Made by a program: the position numbers and the translations under genes | Notes under the pieces: model-generated | Seen by the model: the letters and a program-made list of their open reading frames with translations, nothing else | The model's database searches: none | What the model was told of the DNA's origin: nothing | In this document: piece after piece, positions 1-11,455 of the stretch | Position numbering within the stretch: position 1 is the first letter of the stretch | Layout of the letters: each line of letters opens with the position of its first letter | NCBI GenBank assembly: GCA_951406725.2 | Contig: OX597815.1 | Span: 182,528,001 to 182,592,000, forward strand | Length of the DNA: 64,000 bases | Origin: Octopus vulgaris | Lineage: Eukaryota | Direction of reading: 5' to 3'

Positions 1-183
1 TGAAACGAGTTCTAAAAGATAGAATATTCCGTGCATAAATATTTACAGGAGTTGGATCTAGCAAACTTTGCTAATCTCTAAATTAATTGAATAATACGAA
101 GTAACCATTGGATGTTGCTATTTTTAATAAAATTGCATGTTTATCATACTGTATACAAGCATAGATATACACATACACGTCCA

Positions 184-280
184 TACATGCATACATATAT
201 ATATATATATATATTTACACACATCACATGTGTAAATATATATATATATATTTACACACATCACATGACATTATGTGTGT

Positions 281-330
<50 letters not shown>
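184..330. repeat. (TA)n/(TG)n microsatellite block
   Basis: Directly visible dinucleotide arrays; explains ORFs 112..342 and 228..602. Confidence 0.95.
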
Positions 331-334
<4 letters not shown>

Positions 335-965
335 GTGTGTAAATATATATCTTATAAATGTTTACTTGATGCCAGCAAATATAATATGGCATGCGAAAAG
401 AACCGCCATATTAACTAGAGTTAATATAATTTCTTCATACATTTCGATACAATATTCAATATATACGAGATATTTTCAATTCTTTAAAGTATTAATTATT
501 TCGTTACACCTAATTATTGTACAGTCATCAAGAATGAATATTGCTTTACTTCGAAAAGGAACAGTATATTTAGATACAATTAGAATCGTATATTATTCTT
601 AATTGATATACAATATCTGAAGATGACCATTCACATTTTCCATATTACTAGCTCTCTACAGTTATAAAGATCCTAACCAATTCCATTATACGCTTTCCCG
701 ATAAATAACGAAAATGTTACTGACAGTATAGTAAGAGAATTAAATATTTAACTGAGTGCACGTTATATAGGAATACACTAGGATCGAAACACGTTTGTTT
801 TACGAACGAACTTTTTGTGGTGTAATCGATTTTATATTCATTCGAATACACCAGCATCTGCAAGATATGTAGTCAGTGATTATTCTGAGATGGGTAAGAT
901 AGGGAATATGAACAGCAGAAATAGAAATCAATACATGACATTGGGTAGGTATATTATATTTAAGT

Positions 966-1250
966 GGAGGCACATTGCCTAGTGGTTAGGGCAGCGGACT
1001 CGCGGGTTCGAATCTCAGACCGGGCGATGTGAGTATTAATGAGAGAAACATCTGAGCTCCATGCGGCCTCTACAGAAGGTAATGACGAACTTCTGCTGAC
1101 TCTTTCGCCATAACTTTCCCTCACTCTTTCCTCCTTCATCTAGCAGCTCACCTGCGACGGACCGGTGTCCCGTCCAGGTGGGGAACTTATACGCCAAGGA
1201 AACCGGGAAACCGGCCCTTATGAGCCAGGTGTGACTCGAGAAGGAACAAA
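966..1250 (+). mobile_element. tRNA-derived SINE, OR1/OR2-like head with tail type 1
   Basis: Head GGAGGCACATTGCCTAGTGGTTAGGGCAGCGGACTCGCG with B box GGTTCGAATCTC; tail GCGACGGACCGGTGTCCCGTCCAG...GGAAACCGGG is shared with 52660-52969. Confidence 0.85.
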
Positions 1251-1756
1251 CATATATTTATAGGCAAGATACTACATATTTGATTAAAGAAACTTGTGTT
1301 TCTTAATAACACCTATCTAACGATTACATTTGAAAATAATTAAAAATTTGTAGAAGAAATTACTTGTTCAGTATTAATACGTAAAAATGACGTTGATAAT
1401 GCATAAAATCGTTCCAAAAAAATTGTATTTAATTTTATAGAGAGAGAAGGAAATGTTCTGCATCGTGCGATATTTTAACACTCTTTTCAGAAGATTATAT
1501 TGACAAATGGATTAGATTTGAAATTTCTGATTTGATCTGTCTTGATATGTGATTTGGCCTTTAGGAGCTGATACAGCTTCCCAGCTATAATTAGCTTCAT
1601 ATGTAAGTGCGTGTGTGTTTCAATTTGTTTATGCATGGATATAGATATTTCCATACTTATGAATACACATGGACGCACACACTCACACACACACATATTT
1701 ATATATGTATGTATGTCTATATATATGTACGTGAGTGTATATATAATATATATTTG

Positions 1757-2307
1757 GTATCTTTTCCTTTTGAACGGCACATGTCAACACAATTTCTAGT
1801 TAACTAAACACTTTAAAACTTCGTATACTGGTAGAATGTGTCAAAATAAAACATTTTTTTCTCTTGGCTTTCTCGATAAAATTGTAATTCGTTTGTTTAA
1901 CAGGAAGCGCGTGTATAAAATTATGGAATTATTTTGTTTGTTAATTGTTTAAATTATTTTCCATTGCTTTCGTTTTAGCCTTCCGTTTTTTTTACACGCG
2001 TAACAATTAAATTAATTTAACAATTAAGAAAAAAAAAATAGGGTTAGGGTTAGGGTGAGGTTTAGGGTTAGTGACAGGGTGTTGTCTCAGTTTTAGACGC
2101 AGCAAATGATTTTAGCTCAATTAGAGGCGATTCATTGGTTAAAATTCGAAAAATTAAACTACGTTAAACAAACGAATTACAATTTTATCGAGAAAGCCAA
2201 GAGAAAAAAATGTTTTATTTTGACACAGTCTACAAGTATACGAAGTTTTAAAGTGTTTAGTTAACTAGAAATTGTGTTGACATATGCCGTTCAAAAGGAA
2301 AAGATCC
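1757..2307. mobile_element. MITE with ~145-bp TIRs, 8-bp TSD and internal TTAGGG repeats (Merlin-like by end structure)
   Basis: TIRs 1757-1901 and 2163-2307; TSD TATATTTG at 1749-1756 and 2308-2315; TTAGGG-like array 2039-2071. Confidence 0.9.
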
Positions 2308-2453
2308 TATATTTGCATAGATATAGAAAAATTAGATGTGCGTGTGTGTGTGTGTGTTGTGCTTTAAAATTTCGGTCTGCATCAATAACCTCGTGAAGAA
2401 CTCAATATACGCGTGTTTCAGAACAAAGTTTTAGACGAGTATAGAGCGGTAAC

Positions 2454-2543
2454 AAGAAAAAGAGATGACGCAGGAAAAACATTGGTTGCGATGTGAACCT
2501 CATTTACGTAACCATCGTTTTTCCTGCGTAATCTCCTTTTCTT
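2454..2543. repeat. Inverted repeat, 37-bp arms and 16-nt loop
   Basis: 2454-2490 pairs with 2507-2543, 32/37 matches by eye. Confidence 0.85.
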
Positions 2544-2581
2544 ATGTATGTATATTATATATATATATATATATATATATG

Positions 2582-2748
2582 ATATAGAGGGTATTATTAC
2601 ACATAAATGCCGCACGCTAGGAGGGACTCTTAAAGTCAAAACTACCAAAATAAACATATCGTACCGAATGCAAGTCTTATTTTGGTAGTTTTGACTTTAA
2701 GAGTCCCTCCTAGCGTGCGGCATTTGTGTGTAATAATGTCCTCTATAT
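2582..2748. repeat. Fold-back hairpin, 72-bp arms, next to (TA)n
   Basis: 2582-2653 vs 2677-2748, 3 mismatches. Confidence 0.92.
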
Positions 2749-2767
2749 AATATAAATAAATATATTC

Positions 2768-2852
2768 AAGTGGAAAAAAATTTCAGATGTTTTCTCTTAT
2801 GAGGTTTTTCACGCTAACTACTTGATAATTTCTTATGAAGATTTTATCCTAT
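2768..2852 (+). mobile_element. Fragment of the repeat family also seen at 58190-58330 and 51400-51575
   Basis: AGGTTTTTCACGCTAACTACTTGATAATTT...GATTTTATCC resembles the reverse complement of 58190-58260. Confidence 0.5.
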
Positions 2853-3089
2853 TTTTAAATGATATATATTTTTTTTTCTTCCCACCCCTCTCTCTCTCGA
2901 TCTCTGTTGCTATTTCTCTTTCCACCTCTCTCTCTCTCTCTCTTCAAGCTCTAAAACACGGCCTGACTCTTAATTTTATTAATAAATGGTAAATTTCGAA
3001 GGCATTCATGTCATTTTCCTGTCAATAATATATCACATTTTAAAAATCTAGAGTAATAGGTTACATTTTCTATCGATTTCTGAAACGAG

Positions 3090-3235
3090 GCCAAAGACAC
3101 ACATTTGTCGCGAAGACTGAAGTCGATTGGATCAGCCCCGCTCTTGATTATTACGCTATTTTATCGATCCTCGTGCGATGTAACTCAAATTTGACACTAA
3201 CGGTATTTGGTGTCGTGAACATAGAAACACGTAAC
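3090..3235 (-). mobile_element. Degenerate SINE family A copy
   Basis: AAGTCGATTGGATCAGCCCC...ATTTTATCGATCCTCG resembles the reverse complement of the family A core. Confidence 0.5.
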
Positions 3236-3420
3236 TATATACTTCTATACTATGCTTTATAATAAGCCACCTCTTCCCCCGTATTAGGTTGCATCATATA
3301 TTATGAGCTATTGCGTCTTGGATATAAATTCCATTCAATTTTAATTTCTATCTGCAATTACATATTTGAAGGCATTATATTAAGAAAATCGAATATGTCG
3401 ATAATATTAATATATTTGTC

Positions 3421-3653
3421 AAGGCGGCGAGCTGGCAGAATCGTTAGCATGCCAGATGAAAGGCTTGGCAGTATTTCGTCTGTCTTTAGGTTCTGAGTTC
3501 AAATTCCGCCGTTGTCGACTTTGCTTTTCATCCTTTCGAGGTAGATAAATTAAGTACCAGTTACACACTGGTGTCGATGTAATCGACTTAATCCCTTTGT
3601 CTGTCCTTGTTTGTCCCCTCCCTGTTTAGCCCCCTGTGGGGAGTAAATAAATA
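3421..3653 (+). mobile_element. SINE family A (head AAGGCGGCGAGCTGGCAGAA, core GCCTTTCATCCTTTCGGGGTCGATAAA)
   Basis: Matches many other copies in the window; B-box-like GAGTTCAAATTCC; core resembles the Deu/Nin-type SINE domain (recalled, unverified). Confidence 0.9.
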
Positions 3654-3665
3654 AATATATTTGTC

Positions 3666-3955
3666 TAGGGGCGAGCTGGCAGAAACGTTAGCACGCCGGA
3701 CGAAATACTTAGCGGTATTTTGCTTTTCTTTACGTTCTTAGTTCAAATTCCACCGTGGTCGACTTTGCCTTTCACTCTTTCGGGGTTGAAAATATAAGTA
3801 ACAGTTACGTACCGGAGTCCATTTAATCGACTTGGCCCTTCCATGAAATTTATGAAATTTAATCCTTGAATTTAAGTACAGTTGCGAACTCGGGTCGATC
3901 TAATCGACTGGCCCCCTACCCCAAAATTCCGGTCCTTGTACGTAGAGTAGAAAAG
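3666..3955 (+). mobile_element. SINE family A, alternative-tail variant
   Basis: Same head and core; tail CCCCAAAATTCCGGTCCTTGT...GTAGAAAAGAA as at 31720-31760. Confidence 0.88.
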
Positions 3956-4545
3956 AATATTAATATATTTGTCAAGACGGTGAGATGGCATAATCTCTTG
4001 CACTATAAGATAAACGTAATGGTAATTCAAAACATCCTTAAATATAATCATATTCTTTAACATAAATGGGGATAATGCAGAAATTGTTATGGAGTCACAT
4101 TTCTACGTTGCGAAAATACTAAATAGGCCATTAATACGATTTCAGTGTCAGCTATGACATGTTTCTGTATTATTCAACAAGGATTTAATGTGGATAGACC
4201 TAAAATCTGTCCACTATAAAACAGTAAATATCATTAAAAGCGTTGCCGAGTACATCATAAATCTGACATCCAACGACAACATATCCTCAGAAGTAAAAGT
4301 TTTAGGGTTATATTGAGTGCAAGAGAGTAGTTTACGAAGGTTGTTCTATACGCTCCCCAGTGATTTTCCAAATCACTGTACAATCAATTTCTGTGTGTTT
4401 TGTGGACAAAGATACTTTATGGGATATTTTACCGATTAGCAATGCTAATGTTACAGCAGACTGCGTACAAATCAGTTTAATCTTCCAATATCATAAAATA
4501 AAATCAACCGTAAAGAATATAAAATATGCTGAATCTTTTGGTTGA

Positions 4546-4765
4546 CCCCTTCATTACTGTATTTATTTTGAGGTGCTCTGTGTTTCTCTCAGTTACTTTA
4601 CATATAACAAAGAATTTAGTAAAATAACTTAGTTATCATTAAGCTAGTTTTAGGACCATAAATTGTGACTTAGATTTTGTGGAAGATTTCAATTCAAAAC
4701 TTATGAAAACAAGACCTTTGTACTCAGAGCCAGGGGTGGTTTCAAGCAGGTTGGTATCAAAAGGG
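4546..4765. mobile_element. piggyBac-like MITE, copy 1
   Basis: CCC...GGG termini, TTAA at 4766-4769 and TTGA on the left; near-identical to the adjacent copy. Confidence 0.75.
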
Positions 4766-4788
4766 TTAAGAATTATTTCTCTATTATA

Positions 4789-5004
4789 CCCTTTCGTTAC
4801 TGTATTTCTGTTGAGATGCTCTGTGTTTCTTTCAATTACTTTAAATATAAGAATTTAGTAAAATAACTTAGTTATCATTAAGCTAGTGTTAGGAACATAA
4901 ATTGTGACTAAGATTTGGTGGAAGATTTTAATTCAGAACTTATGAAAACAAGACATTTGTACTCAGAGCCAGAGTCGGTTTCAGCCAGGTCGGTAATGAA
5001 AGGG
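4789..5004. mobile_element. piggyBac-like MITE, copy 2
   Basis: TIR CCCTTTCGTTAC / GTAATGAAAGGG followed by TTAA at 5005-5008. Confidence 0.78.
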
Positions 5005-5039
5005 TTAAAGAGTTCTATTCGAAACCATGAGTTTTCAAA

Positions 5040-5700
5040 TAATGGGCAGTGGGAAGGTGGAAACTAAAGAAGTTGGGTGATGCGGTCAATTATGTGTCTT
5101 TTTCTCGAGATACGTAGCAGTTATTCTCCACCTGAGAGGAGGAGATCGCCACGCAGCAAGGAATCAGCAACGTCCGTAACTTTAAGATACAGTGCAATTT
5201 TGGATTAGATGAATCTGGCAGGTCTGGAATCTTCTCTTTGCTGGGTTTCAAAATCAAGGTCATAGAAGTAGGTTCCATTTATAAAAACCAGAGCCAAAGC
5301 TACAAATGAAATCACCCGCATAACCGACTGATGAAGTGACACAATTGACAAAGCTATCAACAACAAGTGGTTACTCGAGAACTTACCACAGAACGGCTAT
5401 CAGCCATCCGTAGTCAATTGACTGCATCTACAAAACATCAAAGTGTGTAAACCGCATAAGAAGGCTTCTAATCTGAGTGGGGCATGCTATAGTAGGAGCA
5501 CCTCCGAAAAATTTCCTATTCGAGTAAAAGAACATATGCACACAGACACTGTAATATAAAATAATTCCTAATGAAGTGCCAGACTCAGGATTTCAAGATA
5601 TAAATCAGGGCCACTCAGCGCAACTGGAGCGATATCAGAATCACGGATGCCCTCAACAAACTGAGACCAGGCATTAACAACAGGAAGGGATTACATGAAG
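5040..5700 (+). pseudogene. Highly degraded Penelope-like element ORF (RT C-terminal part and GIY-YIG endonuclease)
   Basis: Manual translation across frameshifts gives, in order, MGS, FSRYVAVI (cf. RYVDDI), QNGYQP (cf. NGYP), GACYSRSTSEKFPIRVKEHM (cf. YIG-T-R...R-KEH), DIRITDAL and KLRPGINNRKGL. Confidence 0.62.
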
Positions 5701-5869
5701 CATACTGGTGTTACTATAGCAACACCAGCCAGCGCATGTCACCTTCATGCTTCCCTACCACTTCAGGCAATCTTAGAAACGACTTTCCATCCCACGCTTT
5801 TCCAAATACAAAATACAAGTTAAATGTGCAAATTTTGTTTGCTTTACTTTTCCTTTCATACTATGGTTT

Positions 5870-6170
5870 ATAACTTCTCGCATTGTCCCAGTCTTGCACA
5901 ACATAGCGCTTTGTCTTGGCCTTGCTGTCCTGTTCTTGTTACGAATTTCACACTCCGCAAAAAATTCCAAATTGTATTTAATTTGCTTTGCGGGAAGGAT
6001 TGTTTCAACAGAGTCGCGTCTTGTCCTTGCCTTCGAACGTGGAGTAGATGAAACAGGGACAACTGAAGAAGGAAAATATTCTTTGTCTCGTTTCTCTCTT
6101 TCCTACTCTCTCTTCTTCTTCATCTTCTTCTTTTATGCTGTCTCCTTCCTAGGCTACTGCTGATTAAACA
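5870..6170 (+). mobile_element. Putative Penelope-like 3' end with vestigial hammerhead core
   Basis: GGGACAA-CTGAAGA-AGGAAAATATTCT-TTGTCTC at about 6056-6089: stem I and II present, GAAAC arm missing. Confidence 0.4.
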
Positions 6171-7072
6171 ACCAAAACCAAGAACTCACATCCCTCATAT
6201 TAAATATTTCTACCTGCCGAGCCTTTACAGAAGTAACAGAAAGAGACAGATAGACGGACAGAAAAAAGGAAATTGTCCCAAGTATTTCAAAACTATGGAA
6301 ATATTTAAAAAATACATTTGATTTAATTTTTCCAAAAATTAATTCTTTTTCATGCCTTACTCTACGTTGAAAAAGTCACAAAGTCTGAAACTGGTACTAA
6401 AATGTTCTTCATGATAAAATTATTTTAACATTTTCTACCGACAACTATTTTCTTTATATATATATATATAAATACACATTATGTACCGGCTTGTATCGCA
6501 CCAATGATAGTATCTGTTACTCTCCTCTCATCTTTTTTTGATTTAACTTTTATTTATCCAAACCTATACTACACTCCGACATAACAGATTTTTTGCTACA
6601 TACAAAAGAGAAGGATATTTTAAATTCCTCGTCTGGGCACATGGAAAATCCTCGATTTCTTCACGTGGAAAAGTAGACGAATGTCACAGTCTTTTCCTTG
6701 TACAAATTATTCTCAGTATCCAGGTCCCTTTTGACATACCGCATTTGTTCATATATTCCAATAACTTTCACTGATCTGCCAATTCTTCTGCCATGTTAGC
6801 CAATAATGGTGATGGTGTTGCTTCTTTAAATTGTATTGTGTAAATCACCACCACTGCAGTTATTGTAATTTGCGTCTCTTCTCGTATATTTCATTGTTTA
6901 ATTACTGCCGTTGCATGCATGTTAAGGCTGATGGAAGTGCTGAAAGAGAAGAGAGTATGGTTCAAAAGTTCGGCGGTACGGAGCATCCATAACTCTTGCC
7001 ACATTCTACGTTCAACTTCCAAAATGATTGGTGCCGTATTATTATTACTATTATTGTTGTTGTTGTTGTTGT

Positions 7073-7598
7073 GTGAGAGAGCAGTGCATGCCATCAAAGT
7101 GACACTGGGGTAAAATATACAAAGCCCAGTATACCCATCGTGACTACCCGTCTGATAAGGGTATACTAGGCACATGCATCACAACTATATGTGCGCGACA
7201 TGGAGATCTCATATCAAGATAAACAGCACATGACCTTGCAGGTGGGACCCAGTTAGAATTTTCTTCTGGTCGAGGAACCCATCTTGCTCAAAAGGTCCTT
7301 GAATAAGGTTTGCGCAAGGATGTTGAACGAAACACCCATGATTCCAGAGGTGAGTCATTCAAACCTGAAAGAATCCCTCTCGACATATGGCTATGATGCT
7401 CCCCCACTACTGCTGCACATATCGTCAGCCACTAAGGGACATGGTCAACTGGTTAATGTCAAACAACTGACAAGTAAATTTGTGGTATTGAGCAGAATAT
7501 TTGCCGTAGCCCATCTTTTATACCAAGACAAAACAATGTATATGATAACACTTCCAATCGTTTAAGATCAGAAGCCATGAGAGCCAGTGCCTGGTACT
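7073..7598 (-). mobile_element. ~525-bp interspersed repeat embedded in (AAT)n/(AAC)n microsatellite
   Basis: Sharp boundaries against TAT/TGT arrays at 7037-7071 and 7598-7680; higher GC than flanks; recalled as a common octopus repeat; strand is inferred. Confidence 0.65.
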
Positions 7599-7648
7599 AT
7601 TATTATTATTATTATTGTTGTTGTTGTTGTTGTTGTTGTTGCTGATGC

Positions 7649-7679
<31 letters not shown>

Positions 7680-9717
7680 AATTTTGAATAACACTTTTCA
7701 AGGCGAATTATTCGAGAAGCTTCAACAACGTTAGTGTCCCAACGGTAGCGAAAATGGTGCAGGTAGTGAAAGGATTTGTGTAGCAGGATAGGCATTGTAC
7801 TTCTGTTCGCAGTTATAATACTGGATGAGCAGCAACGTTCCTATGAATTGTTATATTTGGAATTATTTACATCTGAAGAAATAATCACTGTTACTTCCTG
7901 TTATGCTCCATATATATTATACAATGTTTCGTTTTTAAATCAATCCTGCATAACAGTTATTCAATTCCTTCTCCACAGTTGATATAACTACACTCTAAAT
8001 ACTCACGCAATTCAAACAAATGAATTTGTGTGCAATTCAATTTCTATTATTCAATTATTATCAAATTATCGAACGGAATAAGTATTATGATGATACAATT
8101 ATTGAATTGGTTATTGTTTATACGTATCTAAATATAAAATTTGGGCTAAACAGGCAATATAGTCACAATCCTTGTACAAATAATTGAATGAGCGAGTGAA
8201 TCGTCATAATAATGCAATGCAGAACGGATCATGATATATAAATTCCCGTGATTAGGATGACTTGTTTCGTTTATTTTATATCTTGTAAACATTTCTTTGT
8301 TCAATCTCTCTTGTGTAAATTGGTGAGTTATTACTTTCAACGTATCAACAGTTTTATTATACAATCAAGTATTACAATCGCAAACGGAGTACAGAGAGTT
8401 TCGAACATTTTCACAGGATTAGATATTGGCATAAAATCTATAGCGTATAGGAGCTGGATGGTAACACTTAGAGAACAAAGCGTAATTTCCTCTAAATAAA
8501 AATTATTGATAGATAGATACATATCCTTTTACGAAATTACACAAGCAAAATGTCATAAGGTTACCTCTTTATTTGTATATATATTAAGTAACTGTATTTA
8601 CATACATGTCTATTAAATTAATTACAATTATTGTTAAGAACACTCAGAAAACTAAGGGTCAAATTAAATATTTAGAAATCTCATTTTCAACGTCGATAAA
8701 ATACTTAAAATATAAACAAATAATAGAGACATTATAATCACGTCCGTTTAGTAATAACTTAATGCTTCAAAGGACATTTCACCTGTAATGCTTCAGATTC
8801 TTTGAAAGATTTGCAAATTATTCTTCAATGAATATACGACAAACTCAATTTATGTGCATCTATATGCATGATTTTACATACATTACACAAAGATATTCCG
8901 TTACAGCTTCGCTTTATATATTACTTTATCAGCAATATTGAACTTAACGCTTTGAAGTAGATGAACTGCGAAAAATGCGTATAGTTATTAGACTATATTC
9001 ATTTTCGATAATATGATACAGATCCCACATTAGAATTGTTTAAGAAGGATTACATGCCACGCATTTCTTTGTATCTTCTTTCACATTTTCAATATCTTTG
9101 AACATTTAATGGTAAATGTCGTTATTATCTCTTTATGAATATGTATTTTCAGAATCTCAAATACATTTTGAATATTTGTCTATACAAATAAATGTTTTAA
9201 TCACTGAAATATGATTTTAGGTTACGTAATATACGATTGAGGCTACGTAATACATGTCAAAACATATAATATTTGATAATCGTCGCTCTAATGCATCAGG
9301 TATTCTTAATGTCTTCAGTGTTGCCTTCTGCATACATAATTCCACAAATAATGTAATGGTTCCTATTTGACATATAATATTCGTTTACAAATAATTTTTA
9401 AATATTTAAACGAAAATACTTAGCCTCTTTCGCTCAGTATCAATTTCTTAAAACATAAAAGTATTTTATTTCACAAATGAACCCAGATTTGTGTTAATCT
9501 TTCGAGAGAATACAATTAGTGATGTGTTGATGTGTTAGAATATTTCTAAAAATTTGTAATCTGTTGATAATAATTCTTCTAATAAATATAGGAGTAATAT
9601 TCTTAATGCTTATTTCTCTACAAATATATAAACAATATACCAACCGGTGCTTTTCCTCGAAATACATTTAAATTTTAAAATAGCTAATATTTGTTGAAAC
9701 CGACAGTGACCATATTC

Positions 9718-10312
9718 CAGGCTGCGCGCTGGCCGAATCGTTAGCGTGCCGGGAAGAAATGCTAAGCGGTATTTCGTCCGTATTAAGGCGGCGAGCTAGC
9801 AGAATCGTTAGCACGTCGGGCGAAATGCTTAGCGGTATTTCGTCTGCCGTTACGTTGTGAGTTCAAATTCCGCCGAGGTCGACTTTGCCTTTCATCCTTT
9901 CGGGGTCGATAAATTAAGTACCAGTTATGCACTGGGGTCGATATAATCGACTTAATACCTATGTCTGTCCATGTTTGTCCCCTCTATGTTCAGCCCCTTG
10001 TGGGTAATAAAGAAATAGGTATTTCGTCCGTATGAGCGTTCTGAGTTCAAATTCCGCTGAGTTCGACTTTGCTTTAATAAGGCGGCGAGCTGGCAGAAAC
10101 GTTAGCACGCCGGGCGAAATGCGTAGCCGTATTTCGTCTGCCGTTACGTCCTGAGTTCAAATTCCGCCGAGGTCGATTTTGCCTTTCATCCTTTCGGGGT
10201 CGATAAATTAAGTACCAGTTACGCACTGTGGTCGATGTAATAAACTTAATCTGTTTGTCTGTCCTTATTTGTCCCCTCTGTGTTTAGTCCCTTGTGGGTA
10301 ATAAAGAAAGAG
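9718..10312 (+). mobile_element. Cluster of three SINE family A copies, one nested in another
   Basis: Old head 9718-9783; inserted copy 9784-10017 with 16-bp TSD; old copy resumes 10034-10075; third copy 10079-10312. Confidence 0.9.
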
Positions 10313-11271
10313 ATGGTGGCCATATCCTGCATAATGTGATAAAAGACTCTTCCACGTGATGTCTTGGAGTTCTATTGCATAAAATGTCATCAGGTGTTCT
10401 AATCTTGATTTCTGAGAGCTACGTCTCTTGAATCACGGAGAAAATATTTTGCCCTGTACACATAGACACAAAAGATATAAATTCAGGAATCATAGGTTGC
10501 TGTGTACTTTGTTTTCCCTCGGTTATTTTGACAACATAAATAGTACTTAAAGAACGTAAAGACTATGAATTTTTCATATTACTTTTTTCTTAGTAATTAG
10601 CCGCATTGCAAAAATACGACAAATCAAACATTCTTGAAAGCGAAAAGAAGAAAATATCATAAAATTCTAAAAGCCATCCTAAGAAGCCCAAACATTTTCG
10701 AAGCCAATTTGTAATGAATACGAACAGTAATTAATTCCACGAGGCTATAAACCATTAACGTTGTCATAATGTTACAGGTTACTTGGAATCCATTAACAAC
10801 GTTGAAACAAAGGTTTAAAAGTTGACTCTTACAATTACAAATAACTCCGCTTTAAATTATTACCATAGAATCATATTATATCATTTCTCATTAAATTTAC
10901 TTCCATTATTAATTACCGTTAAGCATGATGAGGTATCAAATATTTCTTACTATCGTTGGAGCCGTATGGTAGAAGAGAACAAGCTTTCGGAACTGCGTTC
11001 GATTAAAAGATGATATTACCGATTGATTACATTCCAATACAGATGAATTTCACAATCGAATAAGCAAAATACGCACCATTTTCTTATAAAGTACAATATA
11101 TCAACATGTGTATGTTAAACTTCAATAAATAACTGAGTTTTACAAAATTCGAAGTTATTCAGTTTCAATGTACATTTAATTTCGTATATTCCCATTCCAT
11201 ATATATATATATATATAAAGGGAGGAAATTCGATTATCCCCAAGTGTTAAGTTCTAATATATGTAAGGGAT

Positions 11272-11424
11272 TAAAGAAAGAAAATGCACACATTTTATAT
11301 TGTTTTAATATAATTTTTAATATATCTTCCTTTGTGTTTAGCAATCGGTTTCATTTTCGCTAAACATGACATTAAAATTTACTTAGATACGTATTTTCTT
11401 AGGAAATTTTTGGGACCTTTTGTG

Positions 11425-11455
<31 letters not shown>

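Noticed and set aside
8150-9300. Possible hAT transposase fossil on the minus strand (IMHIDAHKLSL near 8850, cf. HC-AH-LNL)
   Set aside because: Only one convincing motif, inconsistent spacing to other candidate motifs, and no TIRs found; needs a frameshift-aware search.
10318-10460. Possible second mariner remnant
   Set aside because: Only a weak GH motif and one TACAGGG-like end; insufficient support.
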